A stretch of DNA of 64,000 bases, from NCBI GenBank assembly GCA_041687115.1, contig JAWLCP010000003.1, positions 7,315-71,314 on the forward strand, read 5' to 3'. The stretch's first letter is position 1. Every line of letters starts with the position of its first letter. The stretch comes from Anaerolineae bacterium (GTDB taxonomy: Bacteria; Chloroflexota; Anaerolineae; B4-G1). Both the position numbers and the translations under genes were made by a program. Below the pieces are notes generated by a model. The model searched no databases. It saw only the letters and a program-made list of their open reading frames with translations, and was not told where the DNA came from. Below are positions 59,169-64,000 of the stretch, one piece after another.

Positions 59169-60218
59169 TTGTCAAGAGAAGCTCTTGTCGAAGCGCGGGG
59201 GGTCAAGAAGTACTTTCCCATACGACACAGCGTGCTGGTCAAGCTGCTGGCCGGGCGGAAGGATCAGTGGGTGAAGGCGGTGGACGGGGTCAACTTGAAG
59301 ATCTATCCCGGCGAGGCCGTCGGGCTGGTGGGAGAATCTGGGTGCGGCAAGACGACGCTGGGGCGCGTGTTGACGCGCCTCTACGATCCCACGGAGGGAG
59401 AAGTGATCTACCGGGACAACTCGCTGGAAGACGATGAGGCCGGTCAGAGAGCCGTTCTCTTCGAGGACAGAGTGGAGACTGAGCGAGAGGTGCCCCCGGA
59501 GGGTTTGAGTTTCTATCGCATGACGCAGATCATCTTCCAGAATCCCTACTCATCGCTGAATCCTCGAAAGACGGTGCGACAGATCCTCTCCGTTCCGCTG
59601 CGGAACCGAGGGATCAGGGGGTTCGCGGCCCGTGAACAGGAGATCTTGAGGCTACTGCAGCGGGTGGGTATACCCAAGCGCCGCATCGATGCCTATCCGC
59701 ATCAATTCAGTGGGGGACAACGCCAGCGGATCGGGATTGCGCGGGCGCTGGCGATGCGGCCCAGGTTCATCGTCTGTGACGAGCCGGTGTCTGCGCTGGA
59801 CGTCTCCATCCAGGCACAGGTGATCAATCTGTTGGACGAGCTCCAGGAAGAGTTCAACCTCACGTATCTCTTCATCGCCCACGACCTTAGCGTGGTGCAC
59901 TACGTCAGCGATCGGGTGGCGATCATGTACCTGGGAAAGATCGTCGAGGTGGGGCCGACGGATAAGGTATTCAGGCACCCGGTGCATCCATATACTCAGG
60001 CGCTGATGGCGGCTGTTCCATCGGTGGACAAGGCGCAGCGGCGGGAGCGGATTATTCTGGAGGGGTCCGTCCCCAGTCCCGTCGATCCCCCTACGGGGTG
60101 CCGCTTTCACACCCGGTGCTTTGCCAAGGGACGGAGCAAGTTGTGCGAAGAGGAGGAACCGTCGTTCGTCACGGTGGACGACGGTCATCACGTGGCATGC
60201 CATCTGTGCCAGTGGTGA
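59169..60218 (+). CDS. ABC transporter ATP-binding protein (DppF/OppF/NikE-type). TTG start; the ORF track gives 59115.
   Basis: Walker A GESGCGKTT. Signature FSGGQRQR. Walker B VCDEPVSALD. C-terminal Cys-rich oligopeptide tail. Confidence 0.88.
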   Translation: MSREALVEARGVKKYFPIRHSVLVKLLAGRKDQWVKAVDGVNLKIYPGEAVGLVGESGCGKTTLGRVLTRLYDPTEGEVIYRDNSLEDDEAGQRAVLFEDRVETEREVPPEGLSFYRMTQIIFQNPYSSLNPRKTVRQILSVPLRNRGIRGFAAREQEILRLLQRVGIPKRRIDAYPHQFSGGQRQRIGIARALAMRPRFIVCDEPVSALDVSIQAQVINLLDELQEEFNLTYLFIAHDLSVVHYVSDRVAIMYLGKIVEVGPTDKVFRHPVHPYTQALMAAVPSVDKAQRRERIILEGSVPSPVDPPTGCRFHTRCFAKGRSKLCEEEEPSFVTVDDGHHVACHLCQW

Positions 60219-60300
60219 CCGGAGTGCCTTGCGCCTGCGAGCCTCGCCGGCGCGTTCGAATGATGCACAACGCATACGTTGACCGTGAAGAAGAGAGGAA

Positions 60301-61440
60301 GTGGTGACGTCACCGGTGGAGCGCAGTCGCACCGCGGGCGGGCCGATCAGACTCACGCTACAGGGCGACCATTACACTATAGGGCGGCAGCACGGCGCGC
60401 AGGTGAAGACGCTGCGTCCGCTTATCGATGAGGCCATCAGGGCCCGCCTGGATGAGATCGAGCGATACGGAAGCGACCCGCGCTTTGAGACGCTGGTCCT
60501 GGAGACGCGGGAAGCGCTGATGACGCACTGCCCGAGGGTGGTAAATCTGATCCGGGGTCAGGCCGATGCGCTGGGGTACGAGTTTGAGCACCTGCTAAGG
60601 TACGACCTGGTATCGTATCTTCGGGATGACCTGCTGACCCGGGAGAGGGCGAGGGCCGAAGGGTGCACGACCTGGGCGGCCACAGGGTCGGCCAGCGCCG
60701 ATGGCCTTCCCATCCTGGCCAAGAATCGGGACTACCGCCTGGAGCATCTTCCTCTACAGACAGTAAGCTGCGTAAAGCCCGTCGCGGGCCATCGGTACGT
60801 GTGTGCGGGCAGCGCTGGAAGCCCCGGAGTCTACTGCGGCGGAATCAACGAGGCTGGCTTGGCCGTCGCCGACACGCACGTGGCCTCCACGAACATGGGG
60901 CCGGGACTGCCGGACTACGCGTTGATGATGCACCTCCTGGAGACCTATGACGTGGTCTCCTCAGCCGTGGACTACCTGCGGTCGGTCCCCCGGTTGGGAA
61001 GGAACCATCTGATTCTGGCGGATGTCCAGGGTGAGGTGGCGGTGTTTGAAAGTGGACACAGTTCGTACGGCCTGTTCAGTACTAGAGACGGCACGCTGGT
61101 CAACACCAATCATCCCGTCAGTCCTCACTTGCGACACCACTTCACGGATTTAAGCCCGCCTGTCGTGAAAGGGAATACATTCCGGCGCTATGACAAGGTG
61201 TCGGACGCCCTGCGTGGGGCGTACGGTCAGATCGATGTCGCTTTCGCGCGAGGATTGATGGCCGCTCACGACGGGCCCCTGGCCTCGGTGTGCCGCCACC
61301 CGATGGACGGATGTGATTCGGCCACCATTGCGGCGTGCATCTTCCTGCCTACGGATCGGACCATGCTCTTCTGTCACGGACTTCCGTGCCAGGGAACCTA
61401 TGAACCCTTCGTGTTGAGAGAAGGCGGTGACAGACGGTGA
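60301..61440 (+). CDS. Peptidase C45 / acyl-CoA:6-aminopenicillanic-acid acyltransferase-family Ntn hydrolase.
   Basis: Autoprocessing/nucleophile context EGCTTWAATG. About 380 aa. Confidence 0.6.
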   Translation: MVTSPVERSRTAGGPIRLTLQGDHYTIGRQHGAQVKTLRPLIDEAIRARLDEIERYGSDPRFETLVLETREALMTHCPRVVNLIRGQADALGYEFEHLLRYDLVSYLRDDLLTRERARAEGCTTWAATGSASADGLPILAKNRDYRLEHLPLQTVSCVKPVAGHRYVCAGSAGSPGVYCGGINEAGLAVADTHVASTNMGPGLPDYALMMHLLETYDVVSSAVDYLRSVPRLGRNHLILADVQGEVAVFESGHSSYGLFSTRDGTLVNTNHPVSPHLRHHFTDLSPPVVKGNTFRRYDKVSDALRGAYGQIDVAFARGLMAAHDGPLASVCRHPMDGCDSATIAACIFLPTDRTMLFCHGLPCQGTYEPFVLREGGDRR

Positions 61441-62621
61441 AGATGGAGAAGATCACCATCTGCGGTGGAGGAAACGGGGCGCAGACCCTGGCCTGTATCG
61501 CAAGCCGGAATTTGACGTGCCACGTAGACGTGTATGCTTCCTTCAGGGACGAGGCCGAGAAGCTTCGCGAGGGGATTGAGGCCCACGGAGGGATTGAAGC
61601 CAGGGGGGCGGTGCGAGGAACAGGTCGTCCCCACACGGTGAGCGGCGACGCCGCAGAGGTGATACCAGGCTCGCATGTCGTCGTGCTGGTCGTGCCGGCC
61701 TTTGCCCACGAGAGCACGTTGCGCGCGATCGTCCCTTACCTGGATAACGGAGCCTGGGTGGGCGCCATGCCCGCTCGCGGCGGGCTTGACTACTGCATGG
61801 CGAGGGTCCTGGACGACGCTGGGCGATCCGACGTCACGATCTTCGGACTGCAGACGCTGCCATGGGCCTGTCGGATCGCTGAGTATGGTCGCGTCGTTCA
61901 GGTCCTGGGGGTGAAGGAGACCGTCGATGCGGCGAGCCGCCCTGCCGCCCGTCTGGGCCGCATCGCGTCGGTGCTGGAGCAGATGCTGGGCGTTCCCATC
62001 GGGGACGGGGGAAGTATGCTGGCCCTCACCCTGGCCAATACGGGACAGATCATCCACCCAGGCATCATGTATGATCTCTTCGCCGATTGGGATGGGGAGA
62101 CCTTCGATGATGGCCAGGTCCCGTTGTTCTATCAGGGCCTGAGTGAGGAAGGAGCGGAGAGGCTGGGTGAGCTGAGCCAGGAGATTCAATGCGTCTGTGC
62201 GTGCCTCGCGAGTTATTCCTTGGATCTGTCCAGCGTGCACGATTTGAGGACCTGGCTGGTTCGATCCTACGGGGACGCGATCCTTGACGCCTCCAGCCTG
62301 CACAGCGCCTTTGTGACGAACCGAGCCTACGCCGGACTGAGGGCCCCGGTCAAGGAGGTGGCCCCCGGGCGGTTCGCGCCCGCGTTTGGCGCGCGCTACC
62401 TGGCGGAGGACGTACCGTACGGCCTGGCCGTAAGCCAGGCCATTGCCCGATTGGCCGGCGTGGAGACCCCCACGATGGACCAGGTCGTCAACTGGGCCAG
62501 GCAGAGGCTGGGGGGTGAAGCCGGAGGAGATGAGACCAACGATCGAACGCCACAAGCATACGACTTGAACGATCTGGAAGCGCTGATTCGTTTCACCATG
62601 GAGCATAGGGAGAGGGTGTGA
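61437..62621 (+). CDS. NAD(P)-dependent opine dehydrogenase family protein (octopine/nopaline-DH-like).
   Basis: N-terminal Rossmann ITICGGGNGAQTLA. C-terminal Octopine_DH-like helical domain. About 390 aa. Confidence 0.65.
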   Translation: MKMEKITICGGGNGAQTLACIASRNLTCHVDVYASFRDEAEKLREGIEAHGGIEARGAVRGTGRPHTVSGDAAEVIPGSHVVVLVVPAFAHESTLRAIVPYLDNGAWVGAMPARGGLDYCMARVLDDAGRSDVTIFGLQTLPWACRIAEYGRVVQVLGVKETVDAASRPAARLGRIASVLEQMLGVPIGDGGSMLALTLANTGQIIHPGIMYDLFADWDGETFDDGQVPLFYQGLSEEGAERLGELSQEIQCVCACLASYSLDLSSVHDLRTWLVRSYGDAILDASSLHSAFVTNRAYAGLRAPVKEVAPGRFAPAFGARYLAEDVPYGLAVSQAIARLAGVETPTMDQVVNWARQRLGGEAGGDETNDRTPQAYDLNDLEALIRFTMEHRERV

Positions 62622-62694
62622 TGGAGCACATCCTCGTACCATTGGAGCGCACCTCATAAGAGGGCGTTCAAAGCACTGTACAGGAGGCGGTACC

Positions 62695-64000
62695 GTGAGT
62701 ACTGAGACAGAAACACTTGACAGAAGACGGCGCGTGCTGGCTGGCTCCATCGGAGACTGTGTCCACTCTCTGGGCGTGGAGACGTTCGCCGAGTGGATGG
62801 AGGACCGAGGCGAGGGATATATGGCCGTGAAGCTAGGTCCGGCCGTGGCGATTGATGACGTGATCAACAAGATACGCGAATCGCGGCCGGAGGTGGTGGC
62901 CATCTCGATGCGCCTGGGGGATCTGCACGTCGATAAGCTCATCGGCGAGTTCATCACCAAGGCTGCTCGATATGACCTCTTGCCCGAAGAGAGCGGCATT
63001 CGGTACGCGTTTGGAGGACTGCGGCCGGCGGCGAATCTGGTGCGCGCCATGACGGGCCTTCCAGTGCTGGAGGACAAGTTCTCGCCGCCGGAAGATCGCC
63101 ACTTTGATCTGGAGGAAGTGGCTGAGAACTACAGCGACATCGCAGCATTCCAGAACTTCTTTGCCCTGGTGGTCGATGACTACGTGGGCATGGAGGAGCT
63201 GGAAGCCTTCGCCGAAGGCGAGTTCGTGGTGGTGAAATCGGATGAGATCGAGTGGGCCGATTCCCTCCTGGCGCGCGTCAAACAGGTGCGAGAGCTGGAG
63301 AACCGGCCCATCATTCGGGCCCACATTGGCGTCGCTGCCGACAGCATAGAGCCAACGATCGACGCCGTCGAGAAGATGGCCGATGCCGAGTGTCTGGAGA
63401 TTGTGTCGCTGGCCCCGGATCAGCCTTCTCAGGAGTATCTGGCCAAGTTCGTGCGGGGCGAGGAAGACCCGGACAAGTATCTCAAGGGACAGGGTGGTGT
63501 CCCGATCCGAACCAAGGAAGATCTGGCCCGGCTCAAGGAGGCGACGCAGAGGGGCAACTACCCAATGACGCGGATCTACTCCGGGACCGATGAGCTGGTC
63601 GAACTGGCGAAGCTCTTCGAAGGGGAGTTCAACATGCCATTCCCGGCGGTGCCCATCTTCTTCTACAACGAGTTGGATGGGCGCGGCCCCATATCGATCC
63701 GGGATAGCTTCGACGAGCACTTCGAGGTCATGCGCTGGTGGGCGGAGCAGGGCAAGGCTCTGGAGGTTAACGATCCGCATCAGTGGCAGCTCCGCAACAG
63801 CACCGACGACATGCTGGTGACCGATCACGTCATCGCTGGTGTGGCGGCACTCAGGGCAGGCATCCAGGACTACGTCATGCAGATGATGTACGACCTGCCG
63901 CCAGGTGCCTCAGGCCTCAACGACTTGGCCAAGTTCCAGGCAGCGTACGAGTTGATCGAGCCCTTGACACGCCATTTCAGCTTCCACATCATCAAGGAGA
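62695..64000 (+). CDS. Cobalamin (B12)-binding-domain protein, 3' partial: runs off the window end and is absent from the ORF track.
   Basis: AGGAGG-7nt-GTG start. DxHxxG...SxL...GG B12-binding signature (GDCVHSLG, then ~41 residues, SMRL, then FGG). Strong third-position GC codon bias in this frame. No stop through position 64000. Confidence 0.55.
   Translation, partial: MSTETETLDRRRRVLAGSIGDCVHSLGVETFAEWMEDRGEGYMAVKLGPAVAIDDVINKIRESRPEVVAISMRLGDLHVDKLIGEFITKAARYDLLPEESGIRYAFGGLRPAANLVRAMTGLPVLEDKFSPPEDRHFDLEEVAENYSDIAAFQNFFALVVDDYVGMEELEAFAEGEFVVVKSDEIEWADSLLARVKQVRELENRPIIRAHIGVAADSIEPTIDAVEKMADAECLEIVSLAPDQPSQEYLAKFVRGEEDPDKYLKGQGGVPIRTKEDLARLKEATQRGNYPMTRIYSGTDELVELAKLFEGEFNMPFPAVPIFFYNELDGRGPISIRDSFDEHFEVMRWWAEQGKALEVNDPHQWQLRNSTDDMLVTDHVIAGVAALRAGIQDYVMQMMYDLPPGASGLNDLAKFQAAYELIEPLTRHFSFHIIKE

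Noticed and set aside
62833-63828. 331-aa minus-strand ORF listed in the track.
   Set aside because: Antisense-type composition. The opposite strand carries a better-supported open frame with a B12-binding signature and a proper RBS.
1-64000. Searched for CRISPR arrays, tRNA/rRNA genes, transposase/integrase genes and IS inverted repeats.
   Set aside because: No periodic 28-37-bp repeats, no tRNA-like T-loop/cloverleaf signatures in the few intergenic regions, and no transposase or integrase-like ORFs were found. The window looks like core chromosome.

Overview
High-GC (~66%) bacterial chromosomal window with dense coding on both strands, in a Terrabacteria-type (possibly Chloroflexota-like) genomic context; lineage is a low-confidence guess. 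Gene content in order of position follows.
(1) A class-I PLP aminotransferase, then an orphan circularly permuted DNA methyltransferase.
(2) A minus-strand alpha-glucan cluster: GH57, a 1178-aa GH13-like protein, and a second GH57. A secreted Pro/Thr-linker surface protein lies divergent to it.
(3) pth-mfd, small membrane proteins, an SCP2-domain protein, Fe-alcohol dehydrogenase, tungsten-type aldehyde:ferredoxin oxidoreductase, and a beta-helix lipoprotein.
(4) A near-complete dcw cell-wall/division cluster: mraZ-rsmH-ftsL-ftsI-murF-mraY-murD-ftsW-murG-cvpA-like-murC-murB-ddl-ftsQ-ftsA-ftsZ. murE is absent from the cluster.
(5) A NOX/ferric-reductase-like flavocytochrome divergent from a membrane-anchored pentaheme cytochrome c, followed by a PepSY-like membrane protein and a half-permease/NarL-type response regulator/histidine kinase operon.
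(6) A nad operon containing an apparent NadC-NadA fusion followed by nadB.
(7) A C39-like peptidase-TPR protein and two tandem SHOCT-domain mini-proteins.
(8) The most unusual module: an RpiR-regulated cluster in which an MttB-superfamily corrinoid-dependent methyltransferase sits inside a Dpp/Nik-type ABC importer operon, followed by a C45 Ntn-hydrolase/acyltransferase, an NAD(P) opine dehydrogenase, and a protein with an N-terminal B12-binding DxHxxG domain that runs off the window end and is absent from the ORF track.
No rRNA, tRNA, CRISPR array or obvious mobile element was seen. Many long antisense ORFs in the track are GC-bias artefacts.
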